64,000 nucleotides of DNA from an uncultured Bacillales bacterium (GCA_946412015.1 CAMKGA010000006.1:127-64126), one strand, 5' to 3'; counted from the stretch's first letter, positions 9,801 to 20,771 are shown. The notes: generated by a model from the letters alone, not told the origin. Numbers and translations are program-made.

Positions 9801-10916
9801 TTACCTCTTAAAAGTTTTACTTTTTACCCAAGATGAACTAATATGACAATCTTCATAAAATGGTGCATCTACTGTATAACCAGTTAGCCATTTAATTACT
9901 CTAACATCAGATGTAGTAATTTCATCATCAATATGTATTATATTTCCACTGATATTACTACAATCTTCAGTAGGAAACTCACATATATTATTTTTTTTAA
10001 GAATACATTCGTGTTTCTTTTTATTAATTATTTCATATTTAAAAGGAATAATACTATCTAAATTATTATCAATTTTTAAATTATTTTTATAACTATTGCA
10101 CTTGTCATACATTACACACTCTTTGCAATTTACCTCAGTAGGTCTATAATAATGAGCATTATAATCCCTATCTAGATTATGTACATAAGAAAATAAACAA
10201 GACGTTTTTCTAAATATTTTAACATTATACTCTTTAGCAAGACTTTCAAATAAAGTAACTACTTTATCATCAATTATTTTTTTATGTCCAAATTTATATC
10301 CTGGATATGGTTTTAAATCAAGATTATTTTTCTTCCATACTTCAACACTAGATGGTTTCCCTTGTAAACCAGAATATCCAATAGCTAAATTATATGAAGA
10401 AGCTAAGGATAATACTCTATTAAAAACATCTATTGAATCATTTACTCCATATATAATTGGTCTAAATTCAATTGAATATTTATAATTATTCCTTCTTTTT
10501 TTAATCTGTTTTAAATTATTTTCAAATCTTTCCATCGTATTACCATCTAAGGTAGAATCAATTCCAAATGTAGAAAATGCAATATGTAAATCAAGATTAA
10601 ATTTCTCATCTGGAAATTTAGAAAAATCTCCTTTAGTAACTATTATTACGGGTCCTAAATGACCACTTGATTCTAATAATCTTAAATATTTAACTGTATT
10701 TTCTATTTGTAAAAGAGAATCTCCATAAAATAAATTAACAGCAACTGGAATATTTTTAAAATTATCATTAATATCACTAGGAAGTACACTATAATGATTC
10801 TCAATATCAGCTTCTCCATTTAATCTACAATACTTACAATCATAACAAAATTTAAGTGAATCACCAAGTAAGTAAAATGATTTTGCAAATATAGCTAAAT
10901 TAGTAATATCACACAT
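9801..10916 (-). CDS. radical SAM protein with Cys-rich C-terminal extension
   Basis: CYDCKYC (CxxxCxxC) near the N-terminus, VTKG and FRPII strands, extra Cys clusters at the C-terminus. Confidence 0.8.
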   Translation of the reverse strand: MCDITNLAIFAKSFYLLGDSLKFCYDCKYCRLNGEADIENHYSVLPSDINDNFKNIPVAVNLFYGDSLLQIENTVKYLRLLESSGHLGPVIIVTKGDFSKFPDEKFNLDLHIAFSTFGIDSTLDGNTMERFENNLKQIKKRRNNYKYSIEFRPIIYGVNDSIDVFNRVLSLASSYNLAIGYSGLQGKPSSVEVWKKNNLDLKPYPGYKFGHKKIIDDKVVTLFESLAKEYNVKIFRKTSCLFSYVHNLDRDYNAHYYRPTEVNCKECVMYDKCNSYKNNLKIDNNLDSIIPFKYEIINKKKHECILKKNNICEFPTEDCSNISGNIIHIDDEITTSDVRVIKWLTGYTVDAPFYEDCHISSSWVKSKTFKR

Positions 10917-11008
10917 ATTATCTCCTCCAAAACAATCATATCATAAACTATTAGCATTAAAATATATATATAAATCATACTAGGTATAAAAAAAAGATAT
11001 ATATTATA

Positions 11009-11896
11009 TCAAATGCTTGTTAATGTATTAATAAAATTATTACAATCTTTAATCAATACATTATTTTTAAGTGTAATTATACCAAAATCTACCTTTTTAT
11101 TTGGAACATTAAGATTAATTTTATATAACTCTTTTTTATTTAATTCTGATTGAACATACATATCAGTTACATAACCTATTCCATATCCCATTTTTACAAA
11201 AGATATAAGCAAATTAGAACTTGCAATATTCATCTTAGGAATAATATTTAAATTATTTTCTTTAAAAAATAAATCTATACTTTTTCTTGAATTAGAAGGA
11301 TATTTTTGAACAAGTATATCATAATTTTCTAAATCTTTAACACAAATATTCTTTTTAGTTAATTTATTATATTTTTTACTTGCAACAAAAATATATTCCA
11401 TACTACCAATCTTTTGATAATTTAAATCATAGTCTATATTATTTGGAAATTTACTTAAAATAAAATCTATTTCCCCTATCTTTAATTTTTTTATAAGATC
11501 ATAAGTAGAATCAGTATGTATATCAAAAATAATATTAGGATACTTATCGTGATACTTTTCAATATAATCTATTAAGTATTCTTTTACAAGTGTTGTTGAT
11601 ATACCTATTTTTATTGTTGCACTATGACTATTTTTAACATCTTCTAAATCACTTTCTGCATCTAATATTAAATTTAAAGCATTCTTTACATTTAGAAATA
11701 TCTTCTTACCATATTCATTTAAAATAACACCCTTTTTAGTTCTTATAAATAATTCTTCGCCTAATGCATATTCTAAATTTTTTATATGTTTAGTTACAGC
11801 AGGTTGCGAAATATTTAATACCTGACTTGCCTTAGTAATATTCTTTTCTTTTGCTACTACATAAAAAATTCTATATAATTCTAAATTAACCATCAT
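11009..11896 (-). CDS. LysR-family transcriptional regulator
   Basis: NITKASQVLNISQPAVTKHIKNLE HTH and substrate-binding domain. Confidence 0.95.
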   Translation of the reverse strand: MMVNLELYRIFYVVAKEKNITKASQVLNISQPAVTKHIKNLEYALGEELFIRTKKGVILNEYGKKIFLNVKNALNLILDAESDLEDVKNSHSATIKIGISTTLVKEYLIDYIEKYHDKYPNIIFDIHTDSTYDLIKKLKIGEIDFILSKFPNNIDYDLNYQKIGSMEYIFVASKKYNKLTKKNICVKDLENYDILVQKYPSNSRKSIDLFFKENNLNIIPKMNIASSNLLISFVKMGYGIGYVTDMYVQSELNKKELYKINLNVPNKKVDFGIITLKNNVLIKDCNNFINTLTSI

Positions 11897-11909
11897 AACC
11901 TCCAGTTAT
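11895..11909. promoter_or_regulatory. candidate LysR box
   Basis: ATAAC-CTCCA-GTTAT dyad containing T-N11-A, overlapping the LysR RBS in the divergent intergenic region. Confidence 0.4.
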
Positions 11910-11977
11910 TGCAACAATAATTTATTTGTATTTTTATTATAATATAATTATTGATATAATGCAATTGGGAGGTACTT

Positions 11978-12844
11978 ATGAGTAAAGAAGAAATTAAAAG
12001 ATTACTAATGAACGGTAATACAAAGGAATATTCACATATGATAATATTTTGTGATACGTTTGATTATGAGGATTATGCAGTATATGTTAAATACGATCAA
12101 GATGTTGAAAATGTAATAAAAGAAGAAAGAAAGCTAGGAAACATGATTAAAGTGATGGAAGTATATAATTATAATCTAGATTTAGAGATGCAACTAAATG
12201 AATATAGAGCAAATCACATTGAACCTAAAATTAAAAAAGATGATAATAAAATTCATTCTGATAAAATTAAAAAAGCATTAGAGTTTGCTAAAGGAGCTCA
12301 TTTAAATCAGATTAGAGCTGATGGATCACCTTATATTAATCATCCAATTAATGTAGCTGAAAATGTAAAAAAATATATAAAATCTAATGAATTAGATAAT
12401 TTAATAATATGTGCATTATTACATGATACCATAGAGGATACTGATACAACATATTATGATATTGCTGATAACTTTGGTTATTTTGTTGCATCAATAGTAC
12501 TAGAGCTTACAAATGATAAAGATATGAAAAATTTACTTGGTAAGACTAGATATTTACAAATAAAAATGAAAAATATGACTAACTTTGCTCTTGATATAAA
12601 ATTATGTGATAGATTAAATAATGTAATGGATCTAGTTGTTGCACCTGAAGATTTTAGGGAAAAATATACAATTGAAACTATTGATATAATGAGCTATTTA
12701 ACTAGAAATAGAAAACTTACTCAAACACAAAAAGAATTAATTAGTTTAATAAATAACGAAATAAAAAAGCAAAGAGAAAATACTAAAAAATATGAAAAAA
12801 AGGGTGAAGATTTTATTAAAATGTTAAAAAAATTAACAAAATAA
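11978..12844 (+). CDS. RelA/SpoT-type HD hydrolase (Mesh1/SAH-like) with an extra ~85-aa N-terminal domain
   Basis: H..Q.R.DGSPYINHP, ALLHDTIEDT, IKLCDRLNN motifs. Confidence 0.85.
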   Translation: MSKEEIKRLLMNGNTKEYSHMIIFCDTFDYEDYAVYVKYDQDVENVIKEERKLGNMIKVMEVYNYNLDLEMQLNEYRANHIEPKIKKDDNKIHSDKIKKALEFAKGAHLNQIRADGSPYINHPINVAENVKKYIKSNELDNLIICALLHDTIEDTDTTYYDIADNFGYFVASIVLELTNDKDMKNLLGKTRYLQIKMKNMTNFALDIKLCDRLNNVMDLVVAPEDFREKYTIETIDIMSYLTRNRKLTQTQKELISLINNEIKKQRENTKKYEKKGEDFIKMLKKLTK

Positions 12845-12848
12845 AAGA

Positions 12849-13604
12849 CTATTTCAATTTATAAAATAGTCTTTTTGCATTATTATTTAAATTATTCTCC
12901 ATACTATATTCATCCATACCTTTTAATGCACAAACCTTATTAAATACACATATTAAATCATCTATTTCATTATTAGATAAATATGGATAATCAGTTTCTA
13001 TTAACAAATTATTTATATCGATATTCCTTACAACCTCTAATGACTTTTTAGCATTGCTTTTTAATATCATTGGTTCCACTGATACAAAGCCACCTAAATT
13101 AAGTATTTCATTTAGAATATCTAAATCAGGCTGAAATGAATGAAATACAAAACCATATTTAGGAATATATCTCTTTATTATTTCTAAACATAATTTATTT
13201 GCATATATTAAAGAATCTTTAGTAGTATTAGAATGTATTATAACAGGTAGCTTTAATTCATTAGCAAGTTTTATACTATATATAAATTTCTTTATCTGTA
13301 TATCAATATTTTTATTAGTATCAATACCAGTTTCACCGATTGCAACCACTTTACTAATTTCACAGTTATCAATTAAATACTTTAATATATCAACACTTCC
13401 TTCATTTAGTTGATGAAGTCCTATTGTTGAATAAAATTTATTATTATTTAAACTTATACTAATTGCTTCTTTGCTAATATCATAATTAAGTCCTACATTA
13501 ATTATTTTATCTATATTATTATTTTTATTAATATTAATTATTTCATCATTTAAATTATTTAAATCCTTACTATTATAGTGAACATGTGTATCTATTAAAT
13601 TCAT
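12849..13604 (-). CDS. TatD-family hydrolase
   Basis: DTHVH, GETGID, IIHS, FHSF, ETDYPY. Confidence 0.9.
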   Translation of the reverse strand: MNLIDTHVHYNSKDLNNLNDEIININKNNNIDKIINVGLNYDISKEAISISLNNNKFYSTIGLHQLNEGSVDILKYLIDNCEISKVVAIGETGIDTNKNIDIQIKKFIYSIKLANELKLPVIIHSNTTKDSLIYANKLCLEIIKRYIPKYGFVFHSFQPDLDILNEILNLGGFVSVEPMILKSNAKKSLEVVRNIDINNLLIETDYPYLSNNEIDDLICVFNKVCALKGMDEYSMENNLNNNAKRLFYKLK

Positions 13605-13608
13605 ATTA

Positions 13609-14286
13609 TCACCTTTTTAATTTATAGTATATTTTTGGTCCATATATTATATCATCTTTAATACTATACATATTTAAAATACTTTTTATATCATTATCTA
13701 TTTTATCATTAAATGTATAGATATTATCCTGTACTTTATTTTTTATATCTCTATGGTTTGGTTTATGAAGATTTGATAATAATTCTATTGCATATCCTCT
13801 AAAATATTTAAAATTAGCTTCATTATAATTATTAGTTTCATAATATCCGTAGGATATATGAATATCAAAATCTATATTAATTTCTTTTTTTAATATATTA
13901 TAAATATTCATAATATCATCAACACTTATTGAATTTTTATAAACAGTAATTCCTACCATATCTCCAAACTTAAATGGTTCTATCTTAAAACCAAATTCAT
14001 TTTTTATAGGATTTGTCATATTTGGTGATAAGAATTCACATTTTTTATTATCTAAACATAAATATGAAAAATCATCTTCTTCAATTAAAATTTTATTATT
14101 TAATTTAATTTCTTTTTTTCTCAAAATTAAATACATCATAGATATCATAAAATATAATTTTTTCTTAGCAATACTTACATTATAATTATCCATCTTCTTA
14201 GAGTTTTTTATATCAAAAGTAAACGTTTCAAAAATACCATCATTTTGACATTTTAAAAACAGATTATTATACTCATCATATGACAT
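13609..14286 (-). CDS. hypothetical protein, possible SatD/class III nucleotidyl-cyclase-like fold
   Basis: FDIKNSK and FGD motifs; start taken at MSYDEY. Confidence 0.45.
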   Translation of the reverse strand: MSYDEYNNLFLKCQNDGIFETFTFDIKNSKKMDNYNVSIAKKKLYFMISMMYLILRKKEIKLNNKILIEEDDFSYLCLDNKKCEFLSPNMTNPIKNEFGFKIEPFKFGDMVGITVYKNSISVDDIMNIYNILKKEINIDFDIHISYGYYETNNYNEANFKYFRGYAIELLSNLHKPNHRDIKNKVQDNIYTFNDKIDNDIKSILNMYSIKDDIIYGPKIYYKLKR

Positions 14287-14351
14287 AATATCACCAGATA
14301 ATATTATACATAAATGCATTTTTTTTGTAAATAACAAAAGGTTTTATAACC

Positions 14352-16439
14352 TTATTTTACTTCAACCATTTCATATGCTTCTATGATATCATTAACTTTA
14401 ATATCATTGAAATTAGTTATTGTAACACCACATTCTAAGCCCTTTTTAACTTCTTTAACTGAATCTTTTTCTCTTTGTAAAGATCCAATCTCACCATCAT
14501 AAATTACTTTACTATCACGAATTACTCTCGCTTTAGAATTAGATTTGATAACACCATCTAATACATAAGAACCAGCAATAATACCAACTTTAGAAAACTT
14601 AAATAATTGTCTTACTTCTAAAGATCCAGTAACTTTTTCTTCATATGTTGGATCAAGTAATCCCTTCATGGCATTTTCCATATCTTCAACTGCTTTATAA
14701 ATAATATCATAAAGCCTAATTTCAACACCTTGATCCTTAGCATAATCTTTAATTGAATTATTTGGTCTAATATTAAATCCTATAATTATAGCATTAGATG
14801 CATTTGCAAGTACTATATCAGATTCAGTAATAGCACCTACACTACTTCTAATTACCTTAACTTTTACACCTTCTACTTCAATCTTTTCTAAAGAGTTTTT
14901 AACAGCTTCTGCTGAACCATTTACATCTGCTTTTATAATTACATTTATCTCTTTAATACCATCTTGAATTTTAGAGAATATATCTTCTAGTGATACACTA
15001 ACTTTAGTGTTTTTCTTTAGCTTTTCTTCTTCACGTCTAGCTTCACCAATACTTCTTGCTTGCTTTTCAGTTTCAAAAGCCATAAATTTATCACCAGCAG
15101 AAGGTATTTCATTAATTCCTGTAATTTCTACTGGTTGACTAGGCAATGCTTCTGTAATTTCCTCACCTTTATCATTTTTTAAAGTTCTAATTTTACCAAA
15201 TGATGTTCCAACTACAATTGGATCTCCTAGACGTAGTGTTCCATTTTGTACAAGCACTGTAACTTTAGCTCCTACATGTTTATCAAGTGTTGCTTCAACT
15301 ACAGATCCTATAGCATATCTTTTTGGATTAGCTTTAAAATCAGATATTTCTGCAACTAACAATATATTTTCAAGTAATTTATCTACACCTTCGCCAGTTT
15401 TAGCACTTATAGGAACACATATAGTATCCCCTCCCCATGCTTCTGGTGTTAATTCACATTCAGCAAGTTCTGTTAATACTTTATCTACATTAGCTCCAGG
15501 TTTATCAATTTTATTAATTGCAACTAGTATTGGTACATTAGCAGCTTTAGCATGATCTATAGCTTCTTTAGTTTGAGGCATAACACCATCATCAGCTGCA
15601 ACAATTATAATTACTATATCAGTAATACTTGCACCTCTTGCACGCATTTCAGTAAATGCAGCATGTCCTGGTGTATCAATAAATGTAATAGTCTCGCCAT
15701 TATGTTTTACTTGATATGCACTAATAGCTTGAGTAATACCTCCAGCCTCACCAGATACTACATCTGTTTTACGTATTGTATCTAAAAGCGTTGTTTTACC
15801 ATGGTCAACATGACCCATAATAGTTACAACTGCCGGTCTTTTTTCTAAATCCTCTTCTTTATCATTAATTTCAAATTCTTCAAATTTAGTTTCATCAATA
15901 TCTTGTTTACGTTCTAACTTTTTATCATATTCTGATGCTATTAAAGCAGCATTATCAAAATCAATAACATTATTAACTGTAGCAAGAATTCCTATTGTAA
16001 ATAATTTCTTTATAAGTACTGCTGGCTTTATATTTAACTCACGAGCAAGATCTCCTATTGTCATAGATTCTTTATATATGATAATACCAGTCTTATCAAC
16101 AGGAGAATTACTAATTAATTTCTCCTTATTTTTATACATTTCCTTTTTCTTTTTAGCTAATTCTTTTTTATTATTCTTAACTTGCTTAATAGCTTTCTTA
16201 GGTTTATTATTATTAACAATTTCCTCTATTTTATTTTTTTCTTTTTCAATTAACTCATCTTCATAGAAATCATTATCTTCTTCTTCATCTTGCATAATAT
16301 CATTATCTAAAATAGTGATAGCCTCTTCATCCAACTCATCATCCTCACTTTTTACATCGATATTAAGCTTTTGACACCTATCTAAAATTTGTTTAACTGT
16401 TTTGTTAACATCTTGAGCATATTCCAAAACACTCATCAT
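14352..16439 (-). CDS. infB: translation initiation factor IF-2
   Basis: [25 protein letters not shown]. Confidence 0.99.
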   Translation of the reverse strand: MMSVLEYAQDVNKTVKQILDRCQKLNIDVKSEDDELDEEAITILDNDIMQDEEEDNDFYEDELIEKEKNKIEEIVNNNKPKKAIKQVKNNKKELAKKKKEMYKNKEKLISNSPVDKTGIIIYKESMTIGDLARELNIKPAVLIKKLFTIGILATVNNVIDFDNAALIASEYDKKLERKQDIDETKFEEFEINDKEEDLEKRPAVVTIMGHVDHGKTTLLDTIRKTDVVSGEAGGITQAISAYQVKHNGETITFIDTPGHAAFTEMRARGASITDIVIIIVAADDGVMPQTKEAIDHAKAANVPILVAINKIDKPGANVDKVLTELAECELTPEAWGGDTICVPISAKTGEGVDKLLENILLVAEISDFKANPKRYAIGSVVEATLDKHVGAKVTVLVQNGTLRLGDPIVVGTSFGKIRTLKNDKGEEITEALPSQPVEITGINEIPSAGDKFMAFETEKQARSIGEARREEEKLKKNTKVSVSLEDIFSKIQDGIKEINVIIKADVNGSAEAVKNSLEKIEVEGVKVKVIRSSVGAITESDIVLANASNAIIIGFNIRPNNSIKDYAKDQGVEIRLYDIIYKAVEDMENAMKGLLDPTYEEKVTGSLEVRQLFKFSKVGIIAGSYVLDGVIKSNSKARVIRDSKVIYDGEIGSLQREKDSVKEVKKGLECGVTITNFNDIKVNDIIEAYEMVEVK

Positions 16440-16462
16440 AATAACACCCTCTTTCTATAAAT

Positions 16463-16888
16463 TTAGTTATACTTTATAATTGGAATCCCTACCTCTTTTA
16501 CAAAGTCAAGTGTCAGTTCATCTTCAAAAGAACCACCACAGACTATTTTCTTTATACCTGCACTAACAAGCATTTTCGCACATATAGAACAAGGATAAGA
16601 TGTAATATATATTACCCCACCATCAAGCGATTCACCACGTCTTGCAGCTTCACTAATAATCACTTGCTCAGCACAAATATATCTACACAACTCACGTCTT
16701 TCGCCATGATGAAGATGGTATTTATCTCTAATACAACCTATTTCTGTGCAAGGTCTAATACCACCAACTTGATTGTTATATCCTTTCGCAATAATCTTAT
16801 CATCCTTAACAACAACAGCTCCTACTTTTCTTCTTAAGCATGTTGACATTTCACTCTGTCTTATTGCTTCTTCCATATATTTATCCAT
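16463..16888 (-). CDS. dCMP/cytidine deaminase family protein
   Basis: STCLRRKVGAV, GYN, CAEQ, PCSICAK zinc motifs. Confidence 0.88.
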   Translation of the reverse strand: MDKYMEEAIRQSEMSTCLRRKVGAVVVKDDKIIAKGYNNQVGGIRPCTEIGCIRDKYHLHHGERRELCRYICAEQVIISEAARRGESLDGGVIYITSYPCSICAKMLVSAGIKKIVCGGSFEDELTLDFVKEVGIPIIKYN

Positions 16889-17146
16889 TTATTCTCCTAT
16901 AATTTTTTCAAGTTCATCATATATTTCATTACTTATATTAGTTTCTAATACTCTATCTAAAATTTTATTATCTTTAGCTTTTTTTAATACGCTAATATCT
17001 TTTTTTATATAAGCACCCTTACCATTTTGCTTACCTGTTGTATCAACAAATACATTATCATATTTATCTTTAACTATTCTTATTAAATCCTGCTTTTGAT
17101 ACCTTTCGCGAGTCACAACACACATACGCATTGGAATCTTTTTCAT
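16889..17146 (-). CDS. ylxR: YlxR/RnpM nucleoid/RNA-binding protein
   Basis: PMRMCVVTRE...GKGAY; canonical position after nusA. Confidence 0.93.
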   Translation of the reverse strand: MKKIPMRMCVVTRERYQKQDLIRIVKDKYDNVFVDTTGKQNGKGAYIKKDISVLKKAKDNKILDRVLETNISNEIYDELEKIIGE

Positions 17147-18324
17147 TATTCTAAAATATTTATTCCTGCTTCTTTTACTTGTTCATATGTTTTAATTTCT
17201 AAATTATAATGTGTTAGGCGACTTGCAAGTTTTACATTAATTCCTTTTTTACCAATTGCAAGAGATAAATTTTCTTTATTTACAACAACCATTGTCTCTT
17301 TAGTCTTCTCATCAAGAACAAACACTTTTAAATCCTTAGCTGGAGCAAGTGCATTAGATATAAATGTTGCAGGATCTTTACTATAAGCTACTATATCTAT
17401 TTTCTCACCATTTAATTCACGTAGAATATTATTAATACGAGTCCCTTTCTCTCCTACACAAGCACCAACTGCATCAATGTTAGGATTATCTGAATATACT
17501 GCAATCTTAGTTCTATTACCCGCATCACGTGCAACACTATAAACTATAACATCGCCATCACTAATTTCTGGAATTTCAAGTTCAAATAATCTTGTAATAA
17601 ATCCATAATATTTACGAGTAAGTAAAATTAAAGCTCCCTTTGAATTTATATCTACTTTACTAATATATGCTTTAATATTAGAACCCATTTTAATTTTTTC
17701 ACCAGGAATAATCTCAGTTTTTGGAAGTAATCCTTGAGTCTTACCAAAATCAATAAAGTAATTTTTCTCATCTTCCATATCAACTGTACCTGAAATTAAT
17801 TCTCCTTCTTTATCTTCAAACATAGATGCAATATTATTTCTTTCTGCCTCTCTTATTTTTTGTACAAGGACTTGTTTAGCAGTAGCAGCTGCAACACGTC
17901 CAAAATCTGCAGGAGTTACTTCTTGTTCAATTGTATCACCCACATTAATAGATGGATCAATCTTTCTTGCATCCTCTAATGTTATATATAATTTTTCATT
18001 AAATACAAATGGACGATATCTTTCTTCTTCAGGTAAATCTTCTAAATTTTCATCATTTAATTCTTCTTCTGTTAATTCAACTTCATCTTTAAATCCTTCA
18101 TCAAGTGATTCTTTATGCTCTTTATCAAGTACAACAGTTTTAAAAGAATACATCTTAATTTCAGCAGTTTCACGATTTAAATCAACTCTTGAATTAGGAA
18201 GCTTATATTGCTTTTTATAAGCACTATTTAAACCAAGTTCAATTGAATCATATAAATAATCTTTATCCATTCCTGATTCTTTTGAAAAAGTATCAATTGC
18301 TTTTTTTAACTCTTCACTATTCAT
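17146..18324 (-). CDS. nusA: transcription elongation factor NusA
   Basis: FGRVAAATAKQ, S1 and KH domains; start taken at MNSEE. Confidence 0.98.
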   Translation of the reverse strand: MNSEELKKAIDTFSKESGMDKDYLYDSIELGLNSAYKKQYKLPNSRVDLNRETAEIKMYSFKTVVLDKEHKESLDEGFKDEVELTEEELNDENLEDLPEEERYRPFVFNEKLYITLEDARKIDPSINVGDTIEQEVTPADFGRVAAATAKQVLVQKIREAERNNIASMFEDKEGELISGTVDMEDEKNYFIDFGKTQGLLPKTEIIPGEKIKMGSNIKAYISKVDINSKGALILLTRKYYGFITRLFELEIPEISDGDVIVYSVARDAGNRTKIAVYSDNPNIDAVGACVGEKGTRINNILRELNGEKIDIVAYSKDPATFISNALAPAKDLKVFVLDEKTKETMVVVNKENLSLAIGKKGINVKLASRLTHYNLEIKTYEQVKEAGINILE

Positions 18325-18325
18325 C

Positions 18326-18580
18326 TTATTCACATCCCTTCTCTTTTGAACAAACATCAAGTATATAATTATCACTTATTGGATCATTATCATCTAATAT
18401 AGGATTAATTAACTTACTAACAACAACACAATCATCAATATCAATAATCCCGTTCTTATCAATGACAACCCTTAAAAAATTATTACCATCTTCATAAACA
18501 TATTCTACTGAATCTAGTATATAATTATTCTCTTCAATTACATCCTTAATTAAATTTGTTACAACATCTTCTACCTTCAT
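18326..18580 (-). CDS. rimP: ribosome maturation factor RimP (N-terminal domain only)
   Basis: LRVVIDK..IDIDDC..VS...Y.LDVCS; first gene of the nusA operon. Confidence 0.85.
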   Translation of the reverse strand: MKVEDVVTNLIKDVIEENNYILDSVEYVYEDGNNFLRVVIDKNGIIDIDDCVVVSKLINPILDDNDPISDNYILDVCSKEKGCE

Positions 18581-18599
18581 ATTACCTCCATATTACTTT

Positions 18600-18623
18600 A
18601 AAGAGTGGGAATCCCCACTCTTT
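18600..18623 (-). promoter_or_regulatory. rimP leader hairpin
   Basis: AAAGAGTGGG-AATC-CCCACTCTTT; I recall this hairpin upstream of Bacillota rimP. Confidence 0.7.
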
Positions 18624-18722
18624 TTCTTGCAACAAATAAATTATATCATAAAATTCATTAAATGTATAGCTTTTTATAGACTAACCGATATATTGTTATT
18701 TAAATTTATAAAAAAAGAAAGC

Positions 18723-20483
18723 CTAAGCTTTCCAGGTTGCGATAATATTAGCATTACTACTATATGGTTCAGGATTAGGAAGTGGCATTTTTACAATCAT
18801 TGGAATTTTAAATGCTTTACCAAAAGCAACACATGTTCCTGGTTGTAAATTTTTCTGTTTTTCCATAATCTCTTCACTCATATTAGGTAACATCTTTTTT
18901 ATATAATCTAAATCTCTTGGGTGCGTCATTTTAAATATCAAAAAGTCAATACACTGTGATATAACCGTTTCAGATATTTCAACTGGTCTTTGAGATATTA
19001 GATTAAGTATCATACCAAATTTACGTCCTTCTTTGGCAATTCTCTCAAAAATATTATATCCAAGTAATTTTAAATCTCCATCATTTTGTACATATCTATG
19101 ACATTCTTCTAAAACTAAATGAAATGGAATAGATGCACGTACCTTTAATGACTTAGTAAAATTAAAGAACATTTTTGAATATATTTTAACAATAGTCTTT
19201 GCTAGTCTATCATCTAAATCTTCTAAGTTAAAATTAATAATTTGAGCTTTACGATTATTTTTACTAACAAGCGATGCAATATATTGTTCGAATGTTATAT
19301 AGTTTGGATAATTAAAGAATACTGCATTTTCAGATATAGCAAGCGAATGAAGTCTAACTTTAAGTGTTATAGCTTCATTATACATATGCTCATTTCTAAG
19401 TAATCCTTCTGATATTAAAGTAAATTGTAATGCACGCTCTAAATCATTTAAAGTAAAATAATGATCACTAGATGGTTCCAATTTTTCTAAATCAGGTTTT
19501 ATAAAACTAGTTACATAATCTGTAATTAAATTACTTTCAACAAAAGTACCGCTTGTATTAATTTCAAAGCAATCTCTAAACTTTCTAATATAACCTAGTC
19601 CTTGTACTGGCGTTTCTAGTGAGAACTGATCTGTTGAACAACTAGAAATTATTGAGAATATATCATTTCTCTTACTTGCTGCTGTTTGATTAGTGTACAT
19701 AATATCCATAATTGCTTTAGCTATTAAATGATTTTTATATTCATTACTTATATTATCATTTGTTGAAAATATTCTAACTAATTTTAACATTCTTTCAATT
19801 ATTGTAAGTTGTGAATGAGTATCAGCTTCAAGTAAAAGCGCATAATCATCAATAGAAAGCAACCACAATGGAATACTTAATAATTCTCCATCATTTTGCA
19901 TTCTATTAGTAGTATAAAATTTAAACTGATAATTAGGATTTACATCATTTAATTTGGAAAAAGCAGTGTGATACTCTCCGTATGCATCAAATATCATATA
20001 ATTGGCTCTAAATGGCATAAAGTCTTTATTATAAAATAGGCTTTGAATAAGACTTGCAACACCATATGATTTACCAGAACCAGTATTACCAAATATAGCT
20101 AAATGGTTACTACATAATTCATTAATATCAACATATACTGGTTTATCATCATATAATGGTGAATAGCCTAATCTAAATACACTATTGCCAGGATGTCCAA
20201 CAATAAGTTCTAACTCCTCATCATTTACTATTCTAACATTTGCTTCCATAGTAGGTTTACGTAGAACTCCTCCTATAAACTTGCCATTATTAATCTCACC
20301 TAAAAAATGCACCTTAATTAATTCTTTAGATACATCTACTACTTCTCCTAATATCTTTTTGTTTGTATCCTCAAATACTACATTCATATTAATTAAATTC
20401 ATACCAATTGGAGTACCAGCAGGTATATTAATATGAGCAATATTATCACTTATATATACAATTTTCCCGAACATTTCACACAC
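18723..20483 (-). CDS. HerA/FtsK-like ATPase (DUF87 family)
   Basis: HLAIFGNTGSGKS Walker A, LVLEECH Walker B, AKEGRKFG, SQRP motifs. Confidence 0.9.
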   Translation of the reverse strand: MCEMFGKIVYISDNIAHINIPAGTPIGMNLINMNVVFEDTNKKILGEVVDVSKELIKVHFLGEINNGKFIGGVLRKPTMEANVRIVNDEELELIVGHPGNSVFRLGYSPLYDDKPVYVDINELCSNHLAIFGNTGSGKSYGVASLIQSLFYNKDFMPFRANYMIFDAYGEYHTAFSKLNDVNPNYQFKFYTTNRMQNDGELLSIPLWLLSIDDYALLLEADTHSQLTIIERMLKLVRIFSTNDNISNEYKNHLIAKAIMDIMYTNQTAASKRNDIFSIISSCSTDQFSLETPVQGLGYIRKFRDCFEINTSGTFVESNLITDYVTSFIKPDLEKLEPSSDHYFTLNDLERALQFTLISEGLLRNEHMYNEAITLKVRLHSLAISENAVFFNYPNYITFEQYIASLVSKNNRKAQIINFNLEDLDDRLAKTIVKIYSKMFFNFTKSLKVRASIPFHLVLEECHRYVQNDGDLKLLGYNIFERIAKEGRKFGMILNLISQRPVEISETVISQCIDFLIFKMTHPRDLDYIKKMLPNMSEEIMEKQKNLQPGTCVAFGKAFKIPMIVKMPLPNPEPYSSNANIIATWKA

Positions 20484-20486
20484 ACC

Positions 20487-20771
20487 CTATATTAATTCTT
20501 TTATTTTTGATTTTATATCACTGGGTAAATCAACAATAATCTCATCAATTAATTTACTCTTTTTATATAATTCTAATTTTTCTTCATAATAATTTAACTT
20601 TTTTTCTATCTCTTTTAAACTATTAAATACTGCATTTCTACTTACATTGTAATTTTCCGATATTTCTTGTAAGGATAAATTATTAAAATAATATTCCTCA
20701 AAATATAGTCTTTGCTTATCCGTAAGCAAATTACTATAATAATCATAAAGAATTGTAAGTTCTAAATTCAT
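20487..20771 (-). CDS. ylxM: YlxM DNA-binding protein
   Basis: LYDYYSNLLTDKQR...SLQEISE..VSRNAV. Confidence 0.9.
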   Translation of the reverse strand: MNLELTILYDYYSNLLTDKQRLYFEEYYFNNLSLQEISENYNVSRNAVFNSLKEIEKKLNYYEEKLELYKKSKLIDEIIVDLPSDIKSKIKELI

